38,439 bases of DNA from Planctomycetota bacterium (GCA_050248855.1 JBFWRP010000038.1:1-38439), one strand, 5' to 3'. Numbered from the stretch's first letter, positions 1 to 10,062 are shown. Numbers and translations: made by a program. The notes: a model not told the origin generated them from the letters alone.

Positions 1-86
1 GGTCCGGCCCACCCGGCGTGGGCGCCCAGGCACCGTGGTGGCCGTGTCGTACTCTTCGCGCTGAAGGCGAGGCAACGGTGGACCGG

Positions 87-108
87 CGGGCCTCGCGCCT
101 GAGGCCCG
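87..108 (+). terminator. GC-rich hairpin, possible terminator of an upstream unit
   Basis: CGGGCCTC-gcgcct-GAGGCCCG, a perfect 8-bp stem. Only TT follows, so the U-tract is weak. Confidence 0.3.
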
Positions 109-113
109 TTCGC

Positions 114-126
114 GGGGGGGGGGGGG
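114..126 (+). repeat. G13 homopolymer upstream of the mod gene
   Basis: 13 consecutive G, about 150 bp before the mod start. Confidence 0.85.
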
Positions 127-277
127 ACACTTGCGCGACACGATCGGGACCGTGCCCTCGGCGGTCGGCCGACCGCCCCGGGCTGCGCGCCATGCTGGAT
201 GTTCCAGAGATGCCCTTCTTCCGCTAGTGGTGCGTGCGCTCCCCAGCCGCGTCCCCTCGACGCAGTAAGGAACGCCC

Positions 278-2449
278 GTGTCGCGACTGACCGACCTGCT
301 AGCCAGCGCCAAGGCCAAGGACCCTCAGCTTGGAGCCGACCTGGAGCGTGAGTTCCGGGCCCTGTCCTCCCGCTTGTCGTTTGGCCTCAACTTCGAGCGC
401 CACCGGCCCGAGGCCGTCGAGCTCCCCCAACGACCCGTCCGCCGGGGCGACAAGGTACGAGTGCTGCCGCCACGCGGATCGAGCGCCAGGGGTGACCAGC
501 GGATCTGGTTGGTGCGGAGGATTCTCAAGACCGGGGAGGATCGCCGGGCAGAGCTAGCCTTGCTGCCGGACGGTGCAGAGACGTGCGAGGCGAAGCTGGA
601 GGACGTCGTTGTCGTCGCAGAGTTCCGCGACACCATCTACCCGGGATTGACATCAACAGGCCGCGTCGAGCGCGGCGGTGACAAGCACTGGCACACCGTC
701 ATCAACGGCGAGAACTACCACGCGCTCAAGGCGCTCACGTGGACGCACCGCGGCAGGATCGATGCCATCTACATCGACCCCCCGTACAACTCCGGCGCGC
801 GCGACTGGAAGTACAACAACGACTACGTCGAAGGCGACGACATCTATCGCCACAGCAAGTGGCTCGCCATGATGGAGCGTCGCCTACTCCTTGCCGGGGA
901 GTTGCTAGACCCCGACAACTCCGTGCTCATCGTGACGATTGATGAAAAGGAGTTCCTCCGACTCGGCTTGCTGCTCGAACAGTTGTTTCCACAGGCCAGG
1001 GTCCGGATGATCTCCACACAGATCAATCCCAAGGGCGTAGGAGTCAGCGAGGGATTCAAACGAGTTGACGAGTACGTGTTCATCGCCCGCTTCGGAGCCC
1101 AAGAGGTGCGGCCCAGCGCGGATCCTGCCTTGGGAAGCCGCCCCATGGACGGCCCCGAGAAGGACCCAAGCGACGGAACCAATGACGACGCGCGCACTGG
1201 ACTGGACTGGCAAACGGCACGCAGACGGGACCTAGCGTCTGTGCGCCCGACACGGCCGGCTCAGTTCTACCCCATCTACGTGAGCGAGAAGACAGGGCGA
1301 ATCGAGGCAGTCGGCGATCCAATCCCACACGACCAGGATCGGGAGTCCGCGAAGGGAAGACCTGGCTGCGTAGCTGTGTTTCCAGTGCGCAAGGATGGAA
1401 CGGAGATGAACTGGGGCGTGACCGCACCCACGTTTCGAGAGCGCTGGAAGAGGGGGTTCGCACGAGCCGGAAGCGCGAAGCCGGGTGAGCCACAGCAGTA
1501 CATCATCCAGTATCTGAAGCGCGGCCCCATCAGAGACATCGAGGAAGGCCGAGCTGTTGTCGAGGGATACAACGACGATGGCTCCGTGATTGCCTACTAC
1601 GAAGCACCAAACGCGAAGGCTCCGTCCACGCAGTGGTACCTCAGATCCCACAATGCTGAGCACTACGGGACCAAGACACTGCGGTCGCTGCTAAAGGGCC
1701 GCAAGTTCCCGTTTCCGAAGAGTCTGTACGCCGTCGAAGATGTCCTTCGCCTGTTCGTCTCCGACAAGCCCGAGGCCATCATCCTCGACTTCTTCGCTGG
1801 CTCCGGAACGACCGCACACGCCGTCATGCGACTGAACAAGCAGGATGGAGGCGCACGGCAGTGCATTAGCGTGACCAACAACGAGGTTGGTGCCCGCGAG
1901 CAGTCTTCGCTGCGGACGGCCGGGTTGCGCCCCGGGGACTCGGACTGGGATGCCCTTGGCATATGCGAGCACATCACGAAGCCGCGCATAGAGGCCGCCA
2001 TCACAGGGAGAGCACCGGACGGTGAGCCGATCGTCGGTGACTACAGATTCACAGACGTCTTCCCGATGGCGGATGGCCTGCCAGAGAACGCCGAGTTCTT
2101 CACGCTGACCTACGAGACGCCGATCGCCGTCAACTACCAGACGGCCTTCACGCGCATCGCGCCTCTGCTCTGGCTTCGGGCAGGCAGCCAGGGCAGTCGC
2201 GTGGAACGACTTCCAACAGAGGGATGGGCCGTCGCCGACACGTACGGCTTGCTGACCGATCTGGACATGGCTACGGAGTTTCTCCGGGCCGTACGGAAGC
2301 GCGCCGGCCTGAGGGTTGCGTACATCGTGACGGATGACGAACGGCGCTTCCAGGCGCTGGCCCGACGCCTCCCGCAGACCGTGGAACCAGTTCGCCTCTA
2401 CGAGTCCTATCTCACCAACTTCGCATTCTCCAACGGGGAAGTCGCATGA
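278..2449 (+). CDS. mod: Type III restriction-modification methyltransferase subunit (beta-class N6-adenine MTase)
   Basis: GTG start with AAGGA RBS. IxGENY, catalytic YIDPPYN, HSKWL..M..RL, IDEKE, FPFPK and SAM-binding DFFAGSGTT in beta order. ATGA overlap with the downstream helicase gene. Confidence 0.93.
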   Translation: MSRLTDLLASAKAKDPQLGADLEREFRALSSRLSFGLNFERHRPEAVELPQRPVRRGDKVRVLPPRGSSARGDQRIWLVRRILKTGEDRRAELALLPDGAETCEAKLEDVVVVAEFRDTIYPGLTSTGRVERGGDKHWHTVINGENYHALKALTWTHRGRIDAIYIDPPYNSGARDWKYNNDYVEGDDIYRHSKWLAMMERRLLLAGELLDPDNSVLIVTIDEKEFLRLGLLLEQLFPQARVRMISTQINPKGVGVSEGFKRVDEYVFIARFGAQEVRPSADPALGSRPMDGPEKDPSDGTNDDARTGLDWQTARRRDLASVRPTRPAQFYPIYVSEKTGRIEAVGDPIPHDQDRESAKGRPGCVAVFPVRKDGTEMNWGVTAPTFRERWKRGFARAGSAKPGEPQQYIIQYLKRGPIRDIEEGRAVVEGYNDDGSVIAYYEAPNAKAPSTQWYLRSHNAEHYGTKTLRSLLKGRKFPFPKSLYAVEDVLRLFVSDKPEAIILDFFAGSGTTAHAVMRLNKQDGGARQCISVTNNEVGAREQSSLRTAGLRPGDSDWDALGICEHITKPRIEAAITGRAPDGEPIVGDYRFTDVFPMADGLPENAEFFTLTYETPIAVNYQTAFTRIAPLLWLRAGSQGSRVERLPTEGWAVADTYGLLTDLDMATEFLRAVRKRAGLRVAYIVTDDERRFQALARRLPQTVEPVRLYESYLTNFAFSNGEVA

Positions 2450-5016
2450 AGTTCACGCTCAAGGACTACCAGGACGACGCCGTCCTCGACGTGCTGGACA
2501 ACCTGCACAAGGCACGGAAGCGCTGGCTTGAGGAGCGCGATCGGCACGCCTTCTCCCTGACTGCCCCCACCGGTGCGGGAAAGACGGTCATGGCTGCGGC
2601 CGTCTTCGAGGCCCTGTTCCACGGTGATGACCGCTACGAGTTCGATGCGGACCCCGGGGCTGTCGTCATCTGGTTTAGCGACGATCCGTCCCTCAACGAG
2701 CAGACCCGCTTCCGCCTCATGGAGTCATCGGACCGCCTACGGCACACCGACCTCGTCGTCATCGAGAACACGTTCAATCGATCGAAGTTCGATCCAGGCA
2801 AGATCTACTTCCTCAACACGCAGAAGCTTGGCAAGAAGAGCCTGTTGGTTCGTGGGGCTGAAGAGGATGAGGCGGGCTCGCTCTTCGAGGGGATGCGGCC
2901 TGACCTACGCAGCCACACCATTTGGGACACGATTCGAAGCACGATCGAAGATCCCACGCTGACCCTCTACTTGGTGCTTGACGAGGCGCACCGCGGCATG
3001 GGCTCCGGACCGAGCGCCGAGAAGTCGACCATCGTGCGCAGGCTGATCAACGGCGTAAACGGTGTACCCGGCATCCCCGTCGTCTGGGGCATCTCGGCCA
3101 CCGTTGAGCGATTCACCAAGGCCATGGAGGGGATGCAGGGCCGGAGCACGCTACCGGCAGTCAGTGTGGACGCAGCGCGTGTGCAGGACTCGGGCCTGCT
3201 GAAGGACACCATCGCACTCGACATCCCGGACGAAGCGAAGGGCGACTTCGACACCGTTCTGGTTCGCAGAGCGGCTGACAAACTGCGAGACGTCACGGCG
3301 CAGTGGGAGGCGTACACGGAGCTGCAGGGCACCGGGGAGACGGTGATCCCCCTTCTCGTGCTCCAGGTTCCCAACACGCCGAACCCCAACGAGATCGGCC
3401 AAGCATTGGATGTAATCGCCAGGCAGTGGCCTGACTTGCCGCCAGGCTCCGTGGCGCATGTGTTTGGCGAGCACAAGACTCAGCAGTTCGGCAGCCACTC
3501 GGTCCCCTACATCGAGCCGCAGCGAGTGCAGGGCGACACGTGGGTGCGAGTCCTGATTGCGAAGGATGCGATCAGCACGGGCTGGGACTGCCCTCGCGCC
3601 GAGGTGATGGTGTCGTTCCGGCCTGCAAAGGACCAAACGTACATCGCGCAGATGCTCGGGCGCATGGTGCGGAGCCCACTAGCGCGGCGCATACCTGGTG
3701 ACGACAGGCTGAACACGGTTGAGTGCCTTCTCCCGAGCTTCGACAGGAAGGCTGCGGAGGCTGTGGTCAAGGCCCTCCAAGACGGAAGTGGCCACGCGCC
3801 CCCAACGGGTCGGATCCTGATCAACCCAGTTGAGGTCGCCCGCAACCCCGATGTTCCGCCTGCAGTCTGGTCTCGGCTTGAGTCGCTACCCTCACAGACG
3901 CGACCGCAGCGCGCGGCCAAGCCAGCGATTCGCCTCACGGCCCTGGCTCACGAGTTGGCATCGGACGGCCTACTTCCCGCTGCCGGTGCGAAGGCCCACG
4001 CCGCGATGCACAAGGTGCTTGACGACTTCATCGCCCGCCAGAAGAAGCTCTTCGCTGAGAAGCGCGCCTCGATTCTGACGCTGACCGGGCGAACCGTCTA
4101 CACGGAGCTCAAGAGTGGTGACGCCCGTGATGTGATGTTCGCGGAGTCTGCGGACGCCGCCGTCGTGGGCGATGCCTTCCGCCGCACGGCACGAATCATC
4201 AGCCCAGACATCGCCCGGACGTACACGACCGAAAGAGCCAAACGCAAACCCGAAGCCGCTGAGGACTTCGAGGCGGCGTTGATTGAAGCTCGTGAGGACG
4301 TTGCCGCCTTGCACCTGCTCGACAACCTCCAGCAAGAGTTTGATGCCGCAGCCAGGCAGCTAGCGGACGAATGGTTCCTCGAGTGTCGCGCTGCCATCAA
4401 GGCGCTTCCTCACGATCGCCAGGACGCCTACCGGCAGATCGTGGCGCTGAGCACGGAGCCCCAGGACGTCGACCTTGCTGCGCCCGTGTCGGGCTTCGAG
4501 CCAACGTCCGTGCGAGAGAAGGACGGCTCCGAGTCTGCGCTGCCGACCTACAGGCAACACCTGTTGTGTGACGCCAAGGGCGACTACCCCGCGGGACTCG
4601 GGGGCCCGGAGCTTGACGTGCTCCATGTGGAGATGGAGCGCGCTGACTTCGTGGCCTGGTATCGCAATCCGAGCCGACCGAGCCAGGACTCACTCGGGAT
4701 CGCCTACCTGGATGGCGACGAGACCAGGATGCTCAGGCCCGACTTCCTGTTCTTCGCGGAACAGGACGGTGAGGCCGTAGTGGATCTGGTTGACCCGCAC
4801 GGATTCCATCTCGCTGACGCTCTGCCCAAGTTGAAGGGGCTCGCCCGCTACGCGGAGACGCACCCGCAAGCCTTCCGGCGCATTGAGGCGGTCGCGAAGG
4901 TGGGTGACCAACTGCGCGCATTGAACCTACTCCGTGAAGACGTCAGGGAAGCCATCTCTGCAGCCGCGAGCGCCGAGGCCCTCTACAGGGGGACGGCAGC
5001 CGTGAACTACCCCTAG
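2446..5016 (+). CDS. res: Type III restriction enzyme Res subunit (SF2 helicase plus C-terminal endonuclease)
   Basis: LKDYQ Q-motif, Walker A APTGAGKT, DEAH, SAT, GWDCP, QMLGRMVR. C-terminal PDF..VDPHG nuclease-like motif. Coupled to mod. Confidence 0.9.
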   Translation: MKFTLKDYQDDAVLDVLDNLHKARKRWLEERDRHAFSLTAPTGAGKTVMAAAVFEALFHGDDRYEFDADPGAVVIWFSDDPSLNEQTRFRLMESSDRLRHTDLVVIENTFNRSKFDPGKIYFLNTQKLGKKSLLVRGAEEDEAGSLFEGMRPDLRSHTIWDTIRSTIEDPTLTLYLVLDEAHRGMGSGPSAEKSTIVRRLINGVNGVPGIPVVWGISATVERFTKAMEGMQGRSTLPAVSVDAARVQDSGLLKDTIALDIPDEAKGDFDTVLVRRAADKLRDVTAQWEAYTELQGTGETVIPLLVLQVPNTPNPNEIGQALDVIARQWPDLPPGSVAHVFGEHKTQQFGSHSVPYIEPQRVQGDTWVRVLIAKDAISTGWDCPRAEVMVSFRPAKDQTYIAQMLGRMVRSPLARRIPGDDRLNTVECLLPSFDRKAAEAVVKALQDGSGHAPPTGRILINPVEVARNPDVPPAVWSRLESLPSQTRPQRAAKPAIRLTALAHELASDGLLPAAGAKAHAAMHKVLDDFIARQKKLFAEKRASILTLTGRTVYTELKSGDARDVMFAESADAAVVGDAFRRTARIISPDIARTYTTERAKRKPEAAEDFEAALIEAREDVAALHLLDNLQQEFDAAARQLADEWFLECRAAIKALPHDRQDAYRQIVALSTEPQDVDLAAPVSGFEPTSVREKDGSESALPTYRQHLLCDAKGDYPAGLGGPELDVLHVEMERADFVAWYRNPSRPSQDSLGIAYLDGDETRMLRPDFLFFAEQDGEAVVDLVDPHGFHLADALPKLKGLARYAETHPQAFRRIEAVAKVGDQLRALNLLREDVREAISAAASAEALYRGTAAVNYP

Positions 5017-5020
5017 CCTG

Positions 5021-5899
5021 ATGCGCATCGGGCAGTTCTTCTCCGACGTCCTCGGAGCGCCCCTGGCCAACCTGCGCTGGTCCTGGGGCGCGCATCATGC
5101 GGAGCGCGGTCACGTGTACCTGCGCGTCTGGGAGGACCAGATCGTCGACATCGACGGCGTGCAGCACGTGCTCGTCGCCCGCGACCGTCCCGGCTACCGC
5201 TCGCCGGGGACGGCGGAGCGCGACGCCCACTTGGATCTCCTGCGGGCTGGGATGCCCACGTTCGGGGTCGTCTGCACGGCGAAGAACCCGAGCTCGCCGG
5301 ACTATCGGTCCATCAGGTCGTTCGAGAACGGCTACCTGCTGCGGCTTGGAGAACTGTCCACGGAGGGAGCCGACACGCTGGCTCGCGTGCTCGGGACGAT
5401 CCCCCTGTCCGCCGTCGTGGGAGCGCCGGTGTCCGGAGCCGACCTGGCCGAGGACCTCGTTGCCCTGGCCCGCGTGGACGGGGATGTGACTTCGCGGGAG
5501 GCGCTCGTGCTGGCTCGCGTCGGACAGGGCGCGTTCCGCACCGCCGTCCTCGCAGCGTGGGATGGCCGATGCGCGGTGACGGGTGCAACGACAGAGGCGG
5601 CGATCCGGGCCTCCCACATCAAGCCGTGGCGCGACTCGACGGATGCAGAGCGGTTGGATCCGGCGAACGGCCTGCCGCTCGTCGCCACGCTCGATGCGCT
5701 CTTCGACGCCCGTCTGATCTCCTTCTCCGCGGACGGTTCCGCCGTCGTCTCCGATCAGCTTGACCGGAAGGACCGCCGTCGGCTCGGCCTGGGCGGGATC
5801 CGCCTGTCGCGTCCTCCCAGTGAGGCGACGGCGCGATACCTGGAGCACCATCGGGCGCACATGTCCGGACAGTCTGGAGCAGCGCAGCTGACTCATTGA
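5021..5899 (+). CDS. HNH endonuclease with N-terminal domain of unknown function
   Basis: C-terminal R.GQ..FR..V...W.GRCAVTG...ASHIKPW......RLDPANGL.L....DALFD, typical of restriction-associated HNH domains. Starts 4 bp after the res stop. Confidence 0.88.
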   Translation: MRIGQFFSDVLGAPLANLRWSWGAHHAERGHVYLRVWEDQIVDIDGVQHVLVARDRPGYRSPGTAERDAHLDLLRAGMPTFGVVCTAKNPSSPDYRSIRSFENGYLLRLGELSTEGADTLARVLGTIPLSAVVGAPVSGADLAEDLVALARVDGDVTSREALVLARVGQGAFRTAVLAAWDGRCAVTGATTEAAIRASHIKPWRDSTDAERLDPANGLPLVATLDALFDARLISFSADGSAVVSDQLDRKDRRRLGLGGIRLSRPPSEATARYLEHHRAHMSGQSGAAQLTH

Positions 5900-5930
5900 C
5901 CCCCACTCCCCCACCGGATCTACTCCCCAC

Positions 5931-7007
5931 ATGTTGCCTGCCCCCGCCCTCGACAAGCTCCGTGCTGCTCTGGCCTTCGCCCGGTCGCAGGCCGACGATC
6001 CGAAGCGACGGGAGGTGGCGGAGATCCTGGCCGCGAAGGACGAGGTGCTGGCGCGGTTCCAGCCGATGTTCACGCCGGAGCGCATCGCGACGCTCACGGC
6101 GGAGGAGTTTCGGGACTTCCTCCTGCTCAAGAACAACCACCACTGGGACAGCCTCCACCGTCAGGGCCCGGCCATGACTGCCGACATGCCGCTGCTCCGT
6201 CAGGCGCTCACGCTGCTGATTGACGAGACGCAGCCGATTGCGAGTCGCCTCGATACCCTGCGCCCAAGCAGCCAGGGGGCGGGGATGGTCTCGGGCTTGG
6301 GTCGCGCCACCATCACCGCCATCCTGCATGTCGTCGGTCCCGAGCGGTACGGCGTCTGGAACAACACGGCAGAAGGTGGCCTCAAGGCGCTCGAGCTCAT
6401 GCCCGAGTTGCCCTGGGGATCCTCGTTTGGGGCGCGGTACGAGATCGTGAACGAGCGGCTGCACGAGATCGCAGCCGCCTTGGACGTCGACCTATGGACG
6501 CTGGACGCCTTGTGGTGGCTTCCGATAGTCCAAGTACCCGACGAGGCGCCGGAGGAGGTCGAGGCGGTCAACCACGTCGAGCCCCTGGAGGGCGTCTTCG
6601 GCCTGGAGCGCCACCTGCACGAGTTCCTGATCGACAACTGGACCCGTGTGCCCGAGCTCCGCGAGTGGGACTTGTACGAGGTGGACGGCGAGCTCGTCGG
6701 CTCCGAGTACAACACCGGCGCTGTCGGCAGGATCGACCTCCTCGCGAGGCACAAGACCGACGACCGTTGGCTCGTGCTGGAGCTCAAGCGCGGCCAGACC
6801 AGCGACGAGACCGTGGGCCAGGTCCTGCGCTACATGAGCTGGGTACGCCGCCACCTCGCGTCAACGACGGGCGCGGTCGAGGGTGCCATCGTCTGTGCCG
6901 CCCCCGACACCAAGCTCCAGTACGCCCTCGACGGTCAGCCTGCGATCCGGTGCCTGACGTACCAGGTCAGCTTCGCGCTGCAGGAGATGGCTGGGCTGAC
7001 GCTCTAG
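5931..7007 (+). CDS. NucS/DUF91-like PD-(D/E)xK endonuclease domain protein with helical N-terminal domain
   Basis: C-terminal LERHLHEFL..NW, GRIDLLA, VLELKRG, VGQVLRYM motifs. Confidence 0.82.
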   Translation: MLPAPALDKLRAALAFARSQADDPKRREVAEILAAKDEVLARFQPMFTPERIATLTAEEFRDFLLLKNNHHWDSLHRQGPAMTADMPLLRQALTLLIDETQPIASRLDTLRPSSQGAGMVSGLGRATITAILHVVGPERYGVWNNTAEGGLKALELMPELPWGSSFGARYEIVNERLHEIAAALDVDLWTLDALWWLPIVQVPDEAPEEVEAVNHVEPLEGVFGLERHLHEFLIDNWTRVPELREWDLYEVDGELVGSEYNTGAVGRIDLLARHKTDDRWLVLELKRGQTSDETVGQVLRYMSWVRRHLASTTGAVEGAIVCAAPDTKLQYALDGQPAIRCLTYQVSFALQEMAGLTL

Positions 7008-7038
7008 GACTCTCCCGGCCGAGCGGGCGATGCGGTCG

Positions 7039-7536
7039 CTATCGCTTTCGAGCCGACGCCCGGCGGCGGCGAGCCCTGCGACGCGCCTCGCGCTCTAGCC
7101 GCTCCTGTCGAGCATCCCACCAGACCGCGAAGCCCAGGATGCCCGCTACCGTCAGGAACTGGCGCTGCCCCGACCGCGGGGTCCCATCGGCTACGCGGTT
7201 CGCGAAGTCCTCGCAGTTGTAGCCGACCGACCACTGCGGGTTCTCGGCGCAGGCGTCAAGGAGCCCCGCGATAGCACGCTGGGACTCTTCGGAATCCAGC
7301 TGGCGAACCAGTTGCCAGTTGCCTTCTGCCTCAGCCGCCACTGACACGACGCGCACGCCCTCCCCGCCTCGGAGGTCCACGACCAAGTCGTCGAGCCCCA
7401 AGTGCCGCTGCCTCACGACGATGGCGAAGTGGGAGAGCAAGGGGTTTCCGATCTTCGGGCGCGACCATACTTCGATCGCGGCCTCCGCGGATATGCGGTG
7501 GACGGCTGTTCCCCGCGTCATGTGGTGGACACGCAT
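7039..7536 (-). CDS. LRAT-like (permuted NlpC/P60) protein with C-terminal membrane helix
   Basis: SHFAIVV His box, YNCEDFAN (NCExF) Cys motif, then FLTVAGILGFAVWW and a basic tail. Start uncertain. Confidence 0.6.
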   Translation of the reverse strand: MRVHHMTRGTAVHRISAEAAIEVWSRPKIGNPLLSHFAIVVRQRHLGLDDLVVDLRGGEGVRVVSVAAEAEGNWQLVRQLDSEESQRAIAGLLDACAENPQWSVGYNCEDFANRVADGTPRSGQRQFLTVAGILGFAVWWDARQERLEREARRRARRRRASARKR

Positions 7537-7613
7537 CGCACCAGCCTAGGCATCCGGGGGGACATGCCGCGCTCCCCCCGTTCAGTACGGGTCAGGCGAT
7601 GCCCGACGCCCGG

Positions 7614-7865
7614 CTAGCTCCCCATCCCCCTCCCACACACCGGGCACTCCAGCTCCGCCGCGTGCTCCGCCAGGTACCGCCTCATGACGCCGGACAGCAG
7701 CGACTCGTCGCCGCCCGTGTGGTGGGCATGGACGCCTGAGCGGACCGCATCGATCGCGCCCGGGGAGCGACGCGGAAGGAGCTCGGCGAAGTCGTCGGGA
7801 CCAAGGTCGTTGTGCGCGAGCAAAGTCGCGAACTCCTCGGTGGTCCAGTCAGGTGCGCGTTCCAT
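7614..7865 (-). CDS. Small Myb/SANT-like HTH protein, hypothetical
   Basis: Strong GGAGGAG RBS. WTTEE...L...LPRRSPGAI pattern. C-terminal CPVC. Confidence 0.6.
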   Translation of the reverse strand: MERAPDWTTEEFATLLAHNDLGPDDFAELLPRRSPGAIDAVRSGVHAHHTGGDESLLSGVMRRYLAEHAAELECPVCGRGMGS

Positions 7866-8104
7866 GTCTCCTCCAACGTCCCGCTTCCGAGTCGACCCCG
7901 TTCGGCGCTACAATGCCCCCGCGCCGCCGGTTGCTCGATAGCGTCAAACCTCCTTCTCATTCCACACATTTCCCCTTTTCTCCAAGAGGTTTCCGGCGGT
8001 GCTCTTCAGCCTTGGGCGAACGCCGAACTCGCCACCCCGCGTCCGAGGGCACGTAGCCTTTCGGCTAGGCTGTACGCGACGCAAGTGCGGTTGGGAGGCA
8101 GCGC

Positions 8105-9202
8105 ATGAGGAATCGGGGCCTGGGCGCTCTCTGCGGCGCATCTGCACTAGTCTTGATCTCTGCGATCTCTGCCTTCCGCACCGACGCGGAGGAGCCTGTC
8201 GGGACCAAGGAGGGTGGCGTGAGTACGTTCGACGAGGCCCTAGCGACGCTGCCGATCGCACTGCCCAAGCCCGTGCGCTTCGCGCGGCGAGCGGCCGTTC
8301 GGATGCGCGGCGCGATCGTGTGCGAGGCCGCCGGCTACGTGGGCCGTCCCTATGACAGCCCGACGGATGGCCATTTCAACATGTCTTCGCTCGAGTTGAT
8401 GGGACCACGCGTGTACCCGGCATGGAAGGCTCAGATCCAGCGCGATGGCGACAAGATTCTCAGCGTGGGCGTGAGCCGCTGGGACGCTCCCTACGCAGAG
8501 AAATCGTGGACGTCTAGCCGGGCGGGCGACGAGGGATGGGCAGCGGAACTCTCCGAGAGCGGTCATGTGTGGAAGATCCGCGCCCGCCTACCAACCGAGT
8601 CAGGGAGCCCGTCGCTGGAGTTCGAGTGTCGACTCGAGTGGCCCGTCGCGGCGGAGAGTCGCGCCGTCCCACGCGAGATCGTGGCTCTGCTTGAGAAGCA
8701 CACGGGGATCGTTCCGCGTGCCTTCTCCACCTGGGAGTTCGGCCGCGCGAAGGACTCGGAGTGTGCCTCCGTCATCCTCGACTCCGACGATGATGCCAAC
8801 GCTGCACTCGGCAACATCCGAGGTGATCTGCCCAAGGGCTGGGTCGCGTTCCTCGGAAGCCGCCGTTGGCTGGACAACCCGGACCTTGATGGCGTCGAGT
8901 TGGTGGTCGCACCGGGTAACGGATGGGCCGACATGCTCCGCGCTGCTCGGCTTGACCCCGTGAACAGCGGTCTGTCGACCGAGGCCGTCGTGACCTGGCT
9001 GACGGAGTACGACAGGACCATGGGGATTGATGTCATCGGCGTGTCGACCGATCACCTGACGTTCGATCTTCGGGACGGTCCCTACGACGAGGCTCTGCTG
9101 GCAGACGACCTGACGCACCTCTGCGGCGACTTGCGCAACGAGTCCCGCAGTGTCGTGGAGGACATGGTGGAGAGCGGGCGCATCCACCTCTGGTGGGACT
9201 GA
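8105..9202 (+). CDS. Exported protein with C-terminal DUF4253-like domain
   Basis: GGAGG RBS, N-terminal hydrophobic signal. C-terminal region N....E.V..WL...D...CGD...IHLWWD, ending in the family's WWD motif. Confidence 0.7.
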   Translation: MRNRGLGALCGASALVLISAISAFRTDAEEPVGTKEGGVSTFDEALATLPIALPKPVRFARRAAVRMRGAIVCEAAGYVGRPYDSPTDGHFNMSSLELMGPRVYPAWKAQIQRDGDKILSVGVSRWDAPYAEKSWTSSRAGDEGWAAELSESGHVWKIRARLPTESGSPSLEFECRLEWPVAAESRAVPREIVALLEKHTGIVPRAFSTWEFGRAKDSECASVILDSDDDANAALGNIRGDLPKGWVAFLGSRRWLDNPDLDGVELVVAPGNGWADMLRAARLDPVNSGLSTEAVVTWLTEYDRTMGIDVIGVSTDHLTFDLRDGPYDEALLADDLTHLCGDLRNESRSVVEDMVESGRIHLWWD

Positions 9203-9398
9203 CTATTGGATGGTGCAGTCCCGGAGCGAGGCGCCGATTGAGCTGGCAGGACAGTCGTCGGCAGCGGGTCAGCGCCTTCCCTCCCAGGAGCGGAGCGCGC
9301 ATGGCCCGCACAGAGTGCGGGAGTCCTGCGCGTGACGTCGTCTCGTTGCTGGCGCCAACGCGGGGCCGCGAGCGCTGGCTGCAAGGTCGTCAGTCTGG

Positions 9399-9920
9399 TC
9401 AGTGCCTCAACGCTAGCCAGGAGGAGTAGGCCGCGAGGTCTTCGATCCCCCGGCTCGACCAGTAGTGGGTCAAGTTGCGCAGCGCGGCGCGGGACTGATC
9501 GCTCGTGAGCCACCCACTGCTGCTTGCCGCGAGGTCGGTTGCGGTGTCTGGGTCGCTTGCCCACTGAAGCAGCGCCGGCAGCTCCGATCGCCTCCAGGCT
9601 GCCACTGCCACCGGAGTCCAACGTCGGTCCCCATCGACCTGGTAGCTCATGGCGTCATCGTTGTTCGCCGCCGTCAGCACCGAGTCCAGATCTTGGGCCG
9701 TCAGTGGTTGGCGCCACAGGAACTCACCCCGGTCATCGAAGAGGATTAAGCCCGATTGATCGGCGCCCTGCGCACCGAAACTCAGCGTGTTGAACGTGGT
9801 CGAGTAGATCGCACCCGGCGCAGACCAGGGATGACGCCTTGACCAGACTCCGGTGAAGTACCCCGGATCGATCCCGAGAGCACGCAGGCGTCTCGAATCA
9901 GGGCTCGCGTATGCACTCAT
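9399..9920 (-). CDS. Hypothetical protein (173 aa)
   Basis: ATG at 9920 with GGAG RBS. Globular composition (PGAIY, RQPLT, YQVDGDRRWTP). The longer 10067 start runs into repeat DNA. Confidence 0.6.
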   Translation of the reverse strand: MSAYASPDSRRLRALGIDPGYFTGVWSRRHPWSAPGAIYSTTFNTLSFGAQGADQSGLILFDDRGEFLWRQPLTAQDLDSVLTAANNDDAMSYQVDGDRRWTPVAVAAWRRSELPALLQWASDPDTATDLAASSSGWLTSDQSRAALRNLTHYWSSRGIEDLAAYSSWLALRH

Positions 9921-10014
9921 TCTGTGGACTCCAACTCTACTTTCGCCTCGCTCTTGCCCTGCTCGCACGCTCGAGCAGATCCAATCGCGCCTCCGGGGTA
10001 CCAAGCCCCTTACC

Positions 10015-10062
10015 CGGCTCCGCGTCAGAGCATCCCGACGATTCGTGACGAGTACGCGACGC
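10015..10062 (+). repeat. Imperfect direct repeat, copy A (partner at 14853-14900)
   Basis: 39 of 48 positions identical by manual ungapped alignment. Core AGCATYCCGACGATYCGTGACGAGT. Confidence 0.8.

Noticed and set aside
7008..10014. Integron cassette array
   Set aside because: Genes are in mixed orientation, no attC-like RYYYAAC...GTTRRRY pairs were found, and the integrase lacks evident IntI features.
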